Source: Lytechinus pictus (Eukaryota). Taken from it: DNA of 64,000 bases. The notes beneath the pieces are model-generated. The model made no database searches, was not told where the DNA came from, and worked only from the letters and a program-made list of their open reading frames with translations. The translations under genes were made by a program, and so were the position numbers. How positions within the stretch are numbered: the first letter of the stretch is position 1; each line of letters opens with the position of its first letter. The stretch spans positions 17,546,001 through 17,610,000 of the forward strand of contig NC_087250.1 in NCBI RefSeq assembly GCF_037042905.1. Direction: 5' to 3'. Positions 50,546-62,035 of the stretch are shown piece after piece.

Positions 50546-51999
50546 AGTTGAATTAAGAAGGGGGTGAGTTTCCATAAATATAGGTTCTACATACAATATA
50601 TAGTATATATAAGTTGTTCAAACACATAGCATGTCACAATAATCCTCTGCCTTCTCGATATTTTGCTTTGAAAGTCTATGAAATTAGCCACCTGTCAGAG
50701 CCCGAGAGACGAGTGTACAGAAAAGTCACTCGGAGTGTGACGTCACCGGGGGGAATTTAGTATAAGAGGTGCCTGAATGTCATACAGAAATGCTATGCAG
50801 AGAGAGAAAGATATTTTACAATTTTTTTTTCAAAGCAACTCAAATCAAACAAATAGGACTGATATGTACAAATCTTTACTTTCCCTGTATAAAAAGCAGT
50901 ATGAATAACCACCATGAACTCTTCAATCATGATGTAAGATAGCAAACAGTGAGTTATTGAATGATATTTTCACTATTTCTCATTTATTTTATCACGATGT
51001 TCAATCAAGTGAGTAGCTGGAAAGTAATTCCGGCGGCTAGCTCAGCGCGCGCTGAACGCATAATACTAGTACACACAACACCCAGGCATTGAGTGTACTG
51101 TTATGGTCTGGTATGTCGACTTAGTTCATGGCCGTGCAGCGATCCCCTGGCGTTTTTTCTTCTTTTCTTTTGTCTTTGACTCCACTTTTATATCCTCTGG
51201 ATCATTTCCACTCATAGCTCATTCCACAGAACAATCTTGAACCAAACGTATAGTATTCTTTCTCGGCCTTCTGAGTTGTTTTCTATATTTAATTACGCTA
51301 GGGGTCACCGTCACACATACAAACGCAATTCGGAAGTGAGTTGAAGACAGAAAGATATATAGTAATTAGTATACATCTCTATGGTTGAAGACAACAAGAA
51401 CGGTACGGTAGCTCGACAGCTAGCTGCGCCGGAGCGGGCGGCCGGTCGGCACAAAGCAATTCCGCAACCAACTGTGTTTTTTTGCAAGAGCCGCGTCACA
51501 CGCGGATAAATATGTCATGATAACACGTCTGCTACGTTATCGACTGGTGAGAAGATCTCGATCAAATTTCATATTATTCACCTTGAAATTATTCCTTTAG
51601 GGTCTATGGTATCATTCTGAGGGAATTCACATATTTGGAATAATAGTACGGCCACAAATATTTTAATCATTTCCTCTTTGCAAGTTCTATGGCTCGCAGA
51701 TACAACTTCAACTGCAGTTATTCCATATGAAGGAGTACGTGCATAGTACACAAAACGGCACTGCCTTGTTTACGACACCGGGACCGAATACCCCCCGGTG
51801 ACGTCACACTCAAAGAACACCCGTCTCGGTAGGCATTGCAGGAGCGAACTCAGGGAAAATGGGTAGGGATAAATCGTTCAAATTCACTATTTTGAAAAAA
51901 GAAAATGGGGGGTCGAATCACCTATTAGTGTTTGGGGGGTTGTAAGGTTGCTATTAATGTAAATATCTCAATATTTGGAATCGTCTTCTTAATTCAACT
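50546..51999. mobile_element. 1.45-kb TTAA-flanked Kolobok-like non-autonomous element
   Basis: ttaa-AGTTGAATTAAGAAG ... CTTCTTAATTCAACT-ttaa; subterminal inverted repeat gagtgtgacgtcaccgggggg. Confidence 0.85.
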
Positions 52000-52103
52000 T
52001 TAATGTAAAGACAATTCCTTGATGTTACTCATTACTTAGAGTTTATTGATTTTGTTCTGTTCTCTGCCTTCAGCTTCATCGTTGAGTATCCAGCGTTGAT
52101 CAA

Positions 52104-52215
52104 ATGGATTCAGATTCTGTGAAGATGGAGACAGACGATGATGACTCATCACTTGAGGAAGAGGAGGGAGAGGAGTGTGAACCCAAACAGGAAGTCTGGG
52201 TTCAAAGTTCATCAG
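52104..52215 (+). CDS. BRD10: Bromodomain-containing protein 10 (KIAA2026), probable coding exon 1
   Basis: caaATG; MDSDSVKMETDDDDSSLEEEEGEECEPKQEVWVQSSS; CAG|GTAC donor; ttcag acceptor ending at 52073; phase compatible with the following exons. Confidence 0.7.
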
Positions 52216-53220
52216 GTACAATTTATTTTTTCATATATATTAAGAATACACTAAAAGTTCTATTATTTTAAACGATTCAGGATTGTGTTATGTTTGACAT
52301 ATAATCGAAGCGAAGTCTGCAGCAAGATTTCACTGATGACGCCTTTCACTGTAACAATAAAACCCACCCCTTCTTCCACGTGCAGTTGGCCTCCAGTATA
52401 AAACAGGAGTGTAAGATTTAAGCTTTTAAGCTGATTTCAGTGGGGTTTTTTTTCAGCCTATTTTGAGCTTTTTGTGTACTTGTATGAAAGTATGGAGCTT
52501 TTGCAATTTCAGCTATTTTCAAGAAAGGGGAATGAAACCCTTGGAACAAGTGGGCTTGTGTGGAAAGAGAAAAATCAAAGAATAAGATCAAAGAAAGTTC
52601 GAGAAAAATTGGACCAATAATTAGAAAGTTATGAGCATTTGAATATTGCGATCACTAATGCTATGGAGATCCTCCTATTGGCAATGCGACAAATACATGT
52701 ATGTGTGATGTCATAGTGAACAACTTTCCCTTTGATAGACTATAAAATACCAAAAAATCTCTCTTTTTGCTCTTGCTCTTATGGTGATACAAACTCTTTA
52801 TCCATAATATATTCTTTGAAAATCTGCATTGCAAGCCTTCCTATAGAAAGAATTCATGATCTACTGATAGATGTGATAAAAGAGGCATTTTAAGTGAAAT
52901 ATATAGAAAAACAATGGGAAAGTTGTTCACATGTGACATCACACATCTTTGTCCCATTGTCAATGGGAGGATCTACATTACAATAATGATCTAAACTTCA
53001 AATGCTCATAACTTTCTTATTATTCATTCAATTTTTCTCAAAATTTTGTTGATATGTTTCTTTGATTTGTCTGTTTTCACACAAGCCGTCTTGTTCCAAA
53101 GGTTTCATTTTCCTTTAATGGTCACTCACACCTGTGAGTAAGAGTTCTGATAGAACACACTAGAAATGTAATCATTCATCTGTAGGAGATAAATGTCTTT
53201 TTTTTCAATTTTCTTCTCAG

Positions 53221-53318
53221 ATTCTAAAAATTACAAACCAGTTCATCTGAACATCTCCTACCAAATGGGCAGTCAGGACTCTGCCACTCACTCTGGTAAT
53301 GGGCAACAATCAAAGAAG
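53221..53318 (+). CDS. BRD10: BRD10/KIAA2026 probable coding exon 2
   Basis: Strong acceptor ttcttctcag; (D)SKNYKPVHLNISYQMGSQDSATHSGNGQQSKK; AAG|GTGAGT donor. Confidence 0.72.
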
Positions 53319-53810
53319 GTGAGTCATAATCTCCATCTATTGCTACATTCCCCAAACTGTCAATAGAATGCGGCCAGATGCGTGCTACAAAATCAATTGT
53401 GATCCCATTTTCAAAGAAATTGTATTTTGTGTTGAATATGAAAGTTCAAAGAGGTAGAAGCGTTTTATTTGAAGTTCGGCTCAATGTTAGGAATTATACT
53501 AAAAACAGAATTCTGCTTTGCTGCAAGCCTTGTGGTTTTCAGTTAGCTCTCACCATTTACAAGAGATAGTACTTCAGTGTTCGTCAGGACCAAATCAGGT
53601 TTCCAAACGTGCCCAAAATATCCCAACTGTCTTATGTGACATCCAATTTTAAGGAATTTTTCATTGTTTGTTAGAGTTATATATCAATATTTACTTGCTT
53701 TTTATAGGGAATGGTCTTAGTCATGATTGTCTGCACTGTAAGATCAAGATATAAATGTCCTTATCCCTACTTTATACAGAACAATTGTAGCGAGGCCTGG
53801 TAGCGACTGC

Positions 53811-56012
53811 CAACCAAAAAATTACTTTTTTTCTTTCCAGGGCTCTTTTTGGAGAAACTTAAAAATTTTCCAGGGCTACTTTTTCATTTTCCAGGGCTCT
53901 TTTTCCACTTTCCAGGGCTACAATTTCTGGAGCTATTTCGCGGCTTTTTTGCGTTTGTGTGTGTGTGTACGTGTGTGTGTGTATATATATACACGGTAGC
54001 TAGCATATACCAGGAAAGTATAACACTTCCCTGGTTTGACCTTCGCATTGTTTCTTCGAAGTGATTGTTTATGATTTTAGTGTTGTGATGATAGATTGAT
54101 TTTGATGCTTGAACGATATCTGAGTTGATTCATGGACCTAATACAGACCTATTCAGATTAAATCATGGAGGTAGAACCTCCATGAATTAATCCAAGTTTG
54201 AATGTTTGATACTTGGTTGACGTGAGCTTTGCGTGTTTACTATTTAGTGTTATAGCCCATTTGCTAAATTAATCTAGAAAGATCTGTATTCGTGTCTAAA
54301 GACAATGTAAAAGAAAAAGAAAGTTCTGAATTTGTACAATTCTGAGGTAATTTATTTTATCATACAATATAGGTACCTGCAAATGTTATGAAGTTGAACA
54401 AATATCCTTCGTACATATTTGACTGAAAGTTATTTAAATGACACTTTTTAAAAAAAGACTTAAAATTATTCATACAAAATAATGATATAAGTCATAAAGG
54501 TCATTGAATTGTTAAGCGTTCGTATAAGTTACACAGATTCATGACAAAAAGGCCTACCAGAACCAAAACTCGCAATTTCCATCATCCATCATGAATGCCT
54601 AGCCTTGCACGGCCTCTAATTGAAATGAACTTATCCACGTCTTTGCAAATTTTACCTGACCTAATTTCTCCACACAGTGAGAGAGGCCATGTGGCAGCCA
54701 AACCAAAACAGAATGAAAAGGGCGGCAATCTCGTACCCCCCCCCCCACCACCACAAGAATATCAGATTTCCAAACATGTGCTTCTCAAGATTGTGCAATA
54801 CATGACGGAGACAAAGAAAGTTATGTAAACAAATTGCCGAGGGTTGATGTCCCTGAATTAAGGGGCTAGTCTACGTTTTCAGTCACTTAAAAAAATGGCG
54901 AACTGGCCAAAGGTGAAATACATCATTGAAAAAAAAATGAATGTTTGGATTAAAATAACGAAGATTAAATGAAATATGACTGAAAAATATCCATAGTTGA
55001 ATCTCTACTTTTATTACTGACAGAACAATAACATCATTTTTTTTATTAACTTCTTGCCAATATTCCAATAAGGCAAGACTCCCATTTAAGACTAGCAAGC
55101 AAACGTTATCAATGGGATTTTTTAATGAAAGAAAAAAAAATCAAAGCGTGATTTTTTTTTAAAGGGATAGACGAGACTCTTGTTTTGAACAGAGATATAA
55201 AAATATTTAAAAACAAACGAGAGGTGATAAACACTTCATTAAAATTATAATGAAGTTCGTAGTGAATTACAACTTGTAAAAGGAGAAATTAACAAGAATA
55301 ATAGGGAAATAAAGTTTGGAAGAAAAGAAGGAATGAGGAGAGACAAGCTTTGGGGGGAAGGATCAAGATGGGTGGCTGCAGCTCGACATGGGGCTAGAGA
55401 GTGTACATAAATGGGAGGGGGGGAGCAATCATCTATCAAGTCGCCCAAAATCTTACACCTTCAAACTTCTCACACAATCCACACACAAATCCCAGTTCAT
55501 GATACAATCACAAGTGTCGCTCAACACATGCGCACGTGGTCTCTACTGGCATTTTACAGTCACACACACAGAAATACACACTACACACAATGCATCCCCA
55601 TACCACATGCAGTCACACTGAGCCTAAAGCACACAAGCAGAGAAACGTTCTGCTCGAAGTGTATGACTCCTCGGCTCCAAATTCTACATTTATTTTATCT
55701 CAGTGCTTGGAGTCGGCGCTGGGGCCGATTTTCGTCCATGAATGAGAGAGCATGGCAAAGACTCGAGTCCCTTTATCTCAGAACCGCCGCCGCTTGGTAC
55801 TCGAGTCTCCAGAGATCAGGGTCGACTCCCCGACTCTGGCATTGAGAATCGGGTAGACTCGATTACCCGGCGCTGGCTCCCAAGCCTAGTTGACGGGGGC
55901 GATTATGAGTTTTGCAGTCGCCCTCGTGTGAATGTTTTTAGCCCTTTTCCGGGGCTCTTTTTGGACTTTCCGGGGCGAATTCGCCCGCCGCCCCCGTGTA
56001 ATTTTTTGGTTG
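53811..56012. mobile_element. 2.2-kb non-autonomous DNA transposon (8-bp TSD; hAT- or P-like)
   Basis: Perfect 15-bp TIR CAACCAAAAAATTAC; perfect TSD GCGACTGC (53803-53810 and 56013-56020); subterminal tttcc(a/g)gggc repeats; no transposase ORF recognised. Confidence 0.88.
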
Positions 56013-56020
56013 GCGACTGC

Positions 56021-56120
56021 ACTGGCTGTCCTGCAAAGACTCACACCAGAGTTACAGCAAGGGTATAGAATCCTGATAGATCCGATGGGTGATCCTTGAA
56101 AGAGTTTCTCTTGGTCATTC
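56021..56120 (+). pseudogene. Degenerate partial duplicate of BRD10 exon 3 (3' piece; the 5' piece is at 53756-53810)
   Basis: Near copy of about 56278-56377 (LAVLQRLTPELQQGYRILIDPMGDP*) with TGA at 56097. Its acceptor and first bases lie on the other side of a transposon. Confidence 0.85.
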
Positions 56121-56254
56121 CTTTACAGGGCATTAAGTAAGGTGGTGCAACTCAGTGAACTCAGCAGACTGTATATCTCTTTTACCTACTTCAAACTAGC
56201 TGTAACCTTTTCTGCTGAAAGGTCTATGATTGTCCTTATCCCTTCTTTATACAG

Positions 56255-56456
56255 AACAAGGGCAGCGACCCGTCTGCGTTGGCTGTCCTGCGAAGACTCA
56301 CTCCAGAGTTACAGCAAGGGTATAGAATCCTGATAGATCTGATGGGTGACCGTTGCAAGAGTTTCTCTTGGCCTTTCATGGACAAGGTCGATCCGGTGCT
56401 TCTCAAACTGCCTGATTACTATGACAGGATCAAGACGCCCATGTGGCTCACTAGGA
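56255..56456 (+). CDS. BRD10: BRD10/KIAA2026 exon 3 (bromodomain helix Z and ZA loop)
   Basis: NKGSDPSALAVLRRLTPELQQGYRILIDLMGDRCKSFSWPFMDKVDPVLLKLPDYYDRIKTPMWLTR. ELQQGYRIL is characteristic of KIAA2026. Confidence 0.92.
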
Positions 56457-56536
56457 GTAAGTAAACAGTAGAGTTGATATATTTCCAGGAAACATTTGTA
56501 TGCTATGATTTTAAAGAAGAAAAAATAAAGATAACC

Positions 56537-56697
56537 AGGGCTCCGTAACACAAAGCTTTGCGATGAATTGCAAATATGAAAGAACCTCACTGATTGGTTC
56601 CTGGTCAGTATCTTAAACCAAATGCGCGTGTAACATTGATTTTTATTGGCCAGTCCATGTAGCGATTGATCGCTAATCTTTGTGTTACAGAGCCCTG
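56537..56697. mobile_element. Harbinger-like MITE
   Basis: cagggctccgtaacacaaag / ctttgtgttacagagccctg. Confidence 0.75.
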
Positions 56698-56761
56698 AAA
56701 ACAATCTAACTCCCATGTGGCTTTCAAGGATTGAGTAAGGTTTAATATGTTGAGCTCTTAA

Positions 56762-57514
56762 CCCTAATTCTCCGGGGGGGGGGGGGGGGGGGCCATAATG
56801 GCCCCCCTCGACAATTTTCGTGATATATCTGATGCGCAAAATCTTTTGACCTCGCCGCTCACTGACTTTTTACTTTCAAGTCTCGCGCAAATTTTGAGAC
56901 CAAATTTGTGACGCCCGGGTACGCGGTTACGACATTACGCAACATTATGTAAGTGCATGTCAGACCCAAAATTGCTCATAAACGTGATTTCATGTACATA
57001 TCCAATGCAAATTGTGTATTTAGCCAAAATTCATAAATGTATCATTATTTCTACTTTTACTGATTAAACTTAATTAATTTTGCCCTTTTTATGATCAGAA
57101 TTAAGTCTGGAACGATTTCCATCGAAAAAACAATAAAAAAACAAAGAAATACATAAGAAATTAAAAAAACAATAAAATACATAAGAAATCGGTCTTGGTA
57201 CCAGAATTTTTTTCATTCACAATTGTTAAGAATGCTATAAAGAATATTTTCACAAAAAAATAGCATTCTAGGAGCTTTATTTAGTGAATCAGAGCAAAAA
57301 GTACGATTTCATGAATAAATTAGCATAATTAATTCATATAAAATAAAAATTTATGAATTCAGTGAAATTTACCAATGCAACTGCGTAGATTACGTCATTC
57401 TCTACCATCATGCAAATTTTCGTTGTGATCGCGCAATCCATGGCTGAGATCTTATGGCCCCCCCCCCCCCCCCCCGGGAATGACAAGAATCAAAATACCC
57501 CGGGAGATTTAGGG
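56762..57514. mobile_element. piggyBac-like MITE (short relative at ~61156-61300)
   Basis: ttaa-CCCTAATTCTCCGGGGG ... CCCCGGGAGATTTAGGG-ttaa. Confidence 0.85.
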
Positions 57515-57701
57515 TTAAGCAGGAGATTACTCATGCTAGGGTTGATGGACAATGTATGTACACTGATATCAAACAATGTTCTATGTGTTAAGAGTGTAAA
57601 ATGTTTCCAGAAATAATTTTTAGGGTATGATTTGATTCTGGTGTAAACATAGTTAAAACTTTGCGTGAATAGTCAATGTATGGAAGGTCGACTAACACAA
57701 T

Positions 57702-57935
57702 GGGTGATTTCAAGTACGGTGTTGACCTTTTGGTGTTGGTGTTAGGTCAATTTTCACACAATTACAACACCAAACGTGAAATGAAGATGGTCCCGAAAAG
57801 TCACTCACAAGTTGTTGAGATGTCAATAATGTGATCTGGATCAGTTTTACAAACTCTGAATAAGTTTTGGAGCTAGGGGAAGCAATCCAAATTTCAACAC
57901 CAACACCAAGGCCAACACCAGAATTGAAATCACCC
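57702..57935. mobile_element. Palindromic MITE with 3-bp AAT TSD
   Basis: GGGTGATTTCAA..GGTGTTG / CAACACC..TTGAAATCACCC. Confidence 0.72.
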
Positions 57936-58020
57936 AATTAGTATTTGATGAATGACTTTTCAACCTGACTCCCTGATTACTTTCATTCTCATTTTACCCC
58001 TTCCCATTCTCTCCTTCCAG

Positions 58021-58189
58021 TTGAAGAAAAATTTGAGGATATGGAATACACGTCGATCACCGAGTTTGTTGCTGATGTTCGTCAGATTCTTGAGAATTGT
58101 TATCGCTATAACGGACTGAAGCATTCTGTGTCGAGACAAGCTCAGATGATGGAATGCCATTTTGAACAGAAGCTGTCCCAGCTCTCGAG
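58021..58189 (+). CDS. BRD10: BRD10/KIAA2026 exon 4 (bromodomain helices A-C)
   Basis: (I)EEKFEDMEYTSITEFVADVRQILENCYRYNGLKHSVSRQAQMMECHFEQKLSQLS(R); canonical splice sites. Confidence 0.93.
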
Positions 58190-58243
58190 GTAAAACAAAG
58201 ACCCTTTTTCACAAATATTGGATTCTGTGACATATTTGCTCTT

Positions 58244-58854
58244 GATGGTCCGGGCTGAAAATATTCATATCTAAATAGAGTAAACTTCACAGAGCAAAAT
58301 CCTGAAAATGTCATCAAAATCGGATAACAAATAAGTAATAACAAAGTTATTGCATTTTAAAGTCTATCAATATTTTGTGAAAACAGTTATATGCACATCG
58401 TCATGAATATTCATTAGGTGGGCTGATGATGTCACATCTCCACTTTACTTTTTTTTATGTTATTACATGAAATCATAAATGTTTCATTTTTTCATGTACA
58501 TGTATAAATAATGTGTCTCCATTATGATGAAATAAGTTGCGGCAATAAAGAACTACTGCACTTTAATCAGTTGTCAATCTAATTGTTTTATTTCTTGGTA
58601 GAAATTTTTTGAATAAACCTAATTTCATATAATAAAATACAAAAGAAAAAAGTGGGGATATGACATCATCAGTACACCTTATGAATATTCATAAAGACGT
58701 GCCTAGAACTGTTTCACCGGAATAATGAAAATCTTTAAAATTCAATATCTTTGTTATTTGTTATACAATTTTTTTGATCAAATTTTCAGCATTTTGCTCT
58801 GTGAATTTTACTCTATTTATTGAGATATAAATATTTCCAGCCTGGACCATCCCT
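58244..58854. mobile_element. Kolobok-like MITE, inverted copy of 17806-18402
   Basis: gatggtccgggctgaaaat ... cagcctggaccatccct-ttaa; left end clipped. Confidence 0.82.
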
Positions 58855-59826
58855 TTAAATTGCTGTTATTTCAAAAGCTTTTAGCTCTGATTCATTACAT
58901 CATAGCTTTCACGCAAGTGGACCAAAATTCTTCAAACTTGCAGTTTCTTTAAACTTGGTATCATTAAGAAATATTGATTTTCTAAGTTTCATGACAGATT
59001 TGCTCATGTTCAATCATGTGCTACAATTTCATGAGCTTTCATGATTTATTACATCATAATGACTGGATTGCTATTAAAATTGTACATATTCTCTCAGTCA
59101 AGCAAGTGTCTCACTCGAATTGTACATATCCATTACAACTTTTTATGCTAAGCTGGAAAGAACAAATTGGTTGCCAATTTAGAATTGCGTTTCAGCTTGA
59201 TATTGAAAATTTTTGATAGTCTTTGAATTGAATTGAATTGGTCTGTTAAAACATCATCAATTACGCAGCTCGCAGGCTAAATATTTTCAATTTACAAACA
59301 AAAATCAGAGGGAAATTATGTAATTATACAATGCCAAGACATGAATCATGAATCAGATTCAGAAAAAAAAAGTTTGACATTGGTAAAATACAAGTTAATA
59401 CTGATAAAAAGAATTCACAATATACATGTATTGATAATTAATTGTTTTTCCATTGTAATGTTGAAATGTTAGAAAATGAAGAAACAAACCGCAAATAGAG
59501 AGTTGAATAATAAAAAATATATAAAAATATTGATTGAATTTAAATTGAATTTATTGGAACATCATTGGCATCTGCCAATCTTCTTTTCAGTCAAAAATAT
59601 AGAATAATGTAAGACATACAAAACATATCCAATTTGAGAAACATTTGAGGAAAAAAGAACATAAGGTAAAACAAGATATAACATCATATTAAATCAAAGT
59701 GATAAAAAATATGAACAGTTTGCTGAAGCGAAATGCAATTATATGATTGGAATAATGAAAAAAAAGATATAAAGAAAAAAGGATGTAAAGATTGAATAGA
59801 TATTTATCTTATTACCATTCTTTCAG

Positions 59827-59909
59827 GCACATCAAGGACAAGACTAATTTCCATGTGGCCAGTGGCCCAGAACTAACAGAGTCAGAAACATCTTCAAGCT
59901 CTATGTTTG
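59827..59909 (+). CDS. BRD10: BRD10/KIAA2026 exon 5
   Basis: tttcag acceptor; (R)HIKDKTNFHVASGPELTESETSSSSMF(G); G|GTAAGT donor; resembles RHLREKT. Confidence 0.88.
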
Positions 59910-60135
59910 GTAAGTGTTAACATCTGAAAGATATGTTATGATTATGATAATAATAGTAATGATAATGATCGTGATACTAGTATTTGAGAAACACTATATT
60001 CATATCTGTATCATAGCACTTTACATTGGAAGGTTACATGGAACACAATAACAGATTATCATAATCATACTGAAAAAAACATATACATTGAACGTTTTGA
60101 ATGTGTTCCACGTAGACCAAGCTCATACCAAGCTG

Positions 60136-60196
60136 ATACTTTAATCTTCTCTGTAAACAGGACAGAGAGTCAGCCAGAGAATTCTAGAGAGTAAAT
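60136..60196 (+). pseudogene. Duplicate of the BRD10 exon 6 acceptor and first ~36 exon nt
   Basis: atactttaatcttctctgtaaacaggacagagagtcagccagagaattctagagagtaaat versus 60482-60542; two mismatches. Confidence 0.85.
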
Positions 60197-60506
60197 TGTC
60201 ATAACATGTATTATAATTTGTTTTTACGTGGAAATGAATGAATAAATAGATAAATGAATGTAACTACGTTCTTTATATTGACCTGATATCCAGTGTGTAT
60301 AAATACAAATGACTCTATTTATATTTCTGATGATGAGGTTTGAACCTACCAATGACTCTATTTATATTTCTGATGATGAGGTTTGAACCTTGGAACATGT
60401 TCCGTTAATTAAAATGTCATGTTCTCTTCATTATTTTTGTGTTCAAGTTAATGTTGTGCTGTTCTTTTGGAAATAAATGTCATACTTTCATCTTCTCTGT
60501 AAACAG

Positions 60507-60727
60507 GACGGAGAGTCAGCCAGAGAATTCTAGAGAGTAAATGCTCCCTGACACCCGTTGCGGACGCCATGGTGAAGCAACTAGAGAGAGAAGAGGAGGA
60601 GAGAAGGAAACAGAGGATTATAGAAAGGAAAGCAGAGCTGGAAAGACTGAACAAGCGACTTGTAGAATGGGAGAAAACAGAACTGTTGGTTGAGCCGCTT
60701 GCAACCCAGCTAAAATCCATGTGGGAG
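60507..60727 (+). CDS. BRD10: BRD10/KIAA2026 exon 6 (coiled coil)
   Basis: (G)RRVSQRILESKCSLTPVADAMVKQLEREEEERRKQRIIERKAELERLNKRLVEWEKTELLVEPLATQLKSMWE; GAG|GTAGG donor. Confidence 0.9.
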
Positions 60728-61468
60728 GTAGGATACGTGGAACTTTCAAATTATTGAAAAGAAAATTCTTGTGAAACAACATTTGGTCCATCTAAGATGT
60801 AGGGTTACGGTTGCAATAGGATTTTATGTTAGATTTAGGGTTAGGTTTAGGATAGGGTGTATTGTTAAATCGAAAACCAGAAGAGTGCTGGTCGATATTT
60901 GATTTCAGCGTGTGTCGATTATCGCCGTAACACAATGTTAAGACGATATATCGCCGAGTCTGAAAATCCATCGTATCCATTCATTATGAGCTGCAATTCC
61001 GTGAGAGTGGGGAAGGGGGAAATGAAAGTAAGGGTGTCAGTAAATGCTTGTCCATGAAAAGCGGATACATGTATTTGGGTACCAACATACAAAACGCTGA
61101 GTTGGTTTAAAGCGATATAGTGCAGCATTTGTGGTCAATCAACGGTAATGAATTCTAAACCTTAATAAGACTGGGGGGCTGATTCAGCCCACTCAACATT
61201 TTTTGCAATGAATCCGCTGCTCAATAATTTTTGACCGCGTCGCTCGCAACTCTCGCGCAACTCTCTTAGGCGTCGAAAAAGCCCAGTCTATTTAGGGGTA
61301 ATAATCAACAATATTTTGTTCATATATCGTGTTACTGGGATATATCAACATAATCATAAAACCATAATCGTGTATCATATTTTTTCAATGTCGTATAATT
61401 TCGATAATATCTAAATATCGCCCAGGCGACCCAGCACTAAACCAGAATTAATTATTTCATTTATTCAG

Positions 61469-61629
61469 ATTCCAGCCATTGGACAGTTCCTCAAGCTGTG
61501 CTGCGAGAACATGTACTTGCCAGAGTTCTCCCTCTTTGAACTAGAGAGGGCTCTCATCCTCCCGCAATCCAGCAAACTTCTAGCACGTATCTTCACCAAT
61601 ATTCTCACCACGAGATATAACCGGAAAAG
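61469..61629 (+). CDS. BRD10: BRD10/KIAA2026 exon 7 (DDT-like segment); the gene continues beyond the window
   Basis: IPAIGQFLKLCCENMYLPEFSLFELERALILPQSSKLLARIFTNILTTRYNRK, matching MWEIPAIGHFL...ELERCLLMPQ; AG|GTAAGT donor. Confidence 0.92.
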
Positions 61630-61658
61630 GTAAGTGCGTGCATATGATTACTTGACAT

Positions 61659-62035
61659 GCATCATGGTGTAGTGGTTGTGATTTCCGTCTCTTAATCAGA
61701 GGTATGTGGGTTCGAATTCACGTTCAGGCATTGATTACCTTCAGCAATAAATTTATCCATACTGTGCTGCATTCTACCCTGGGGCCGTTTCATAAAGCTG
61801 TTCGTAAGATAAGAGCGACTTTAAGAACGACTGGTGAACCTTTCTTACGCGCTAAACCATCGCCAATGAATATACCATTTACCACAAGAAAGGATCACCA
61901 GTCGCTCTTAAAGTCGCTCTTAACTTACGAACAGACTTATGAAACACCCACCAGGTGAGGTAAATGAGGACCTTCCAGGAATTTATTCCTTGAAATGCTG
62001 TGCAAGCAACAGCTGCTCTTCTAAAGCCAGGGTAA
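61659..62035 (+). mobile_element. tRNA-derived SINE interrupted by a Harbinger-like MITE (~61779-61954); tail resumes at ~63527-63600
   Basis: A box TGGTGTAGTGG, B box GGTTCGAATTC, and core tgtgctgcattctaccc...caggtgaggtaaatg. Confidence 0.78.

Noticed and set aside
53834-53925. Regularly spaced tttccagggct repeats resembling a CRISPR-like array
   Set aside because: Repeats are 11 bp with very short spacers, in a eukaryotic context with no cas genes; they are transposon subterminal repeats.
60825-60860. TTAGGG-like repeats
   Set aside because: Only a few degenerate units; no evidence of a real interstitial telomere array.
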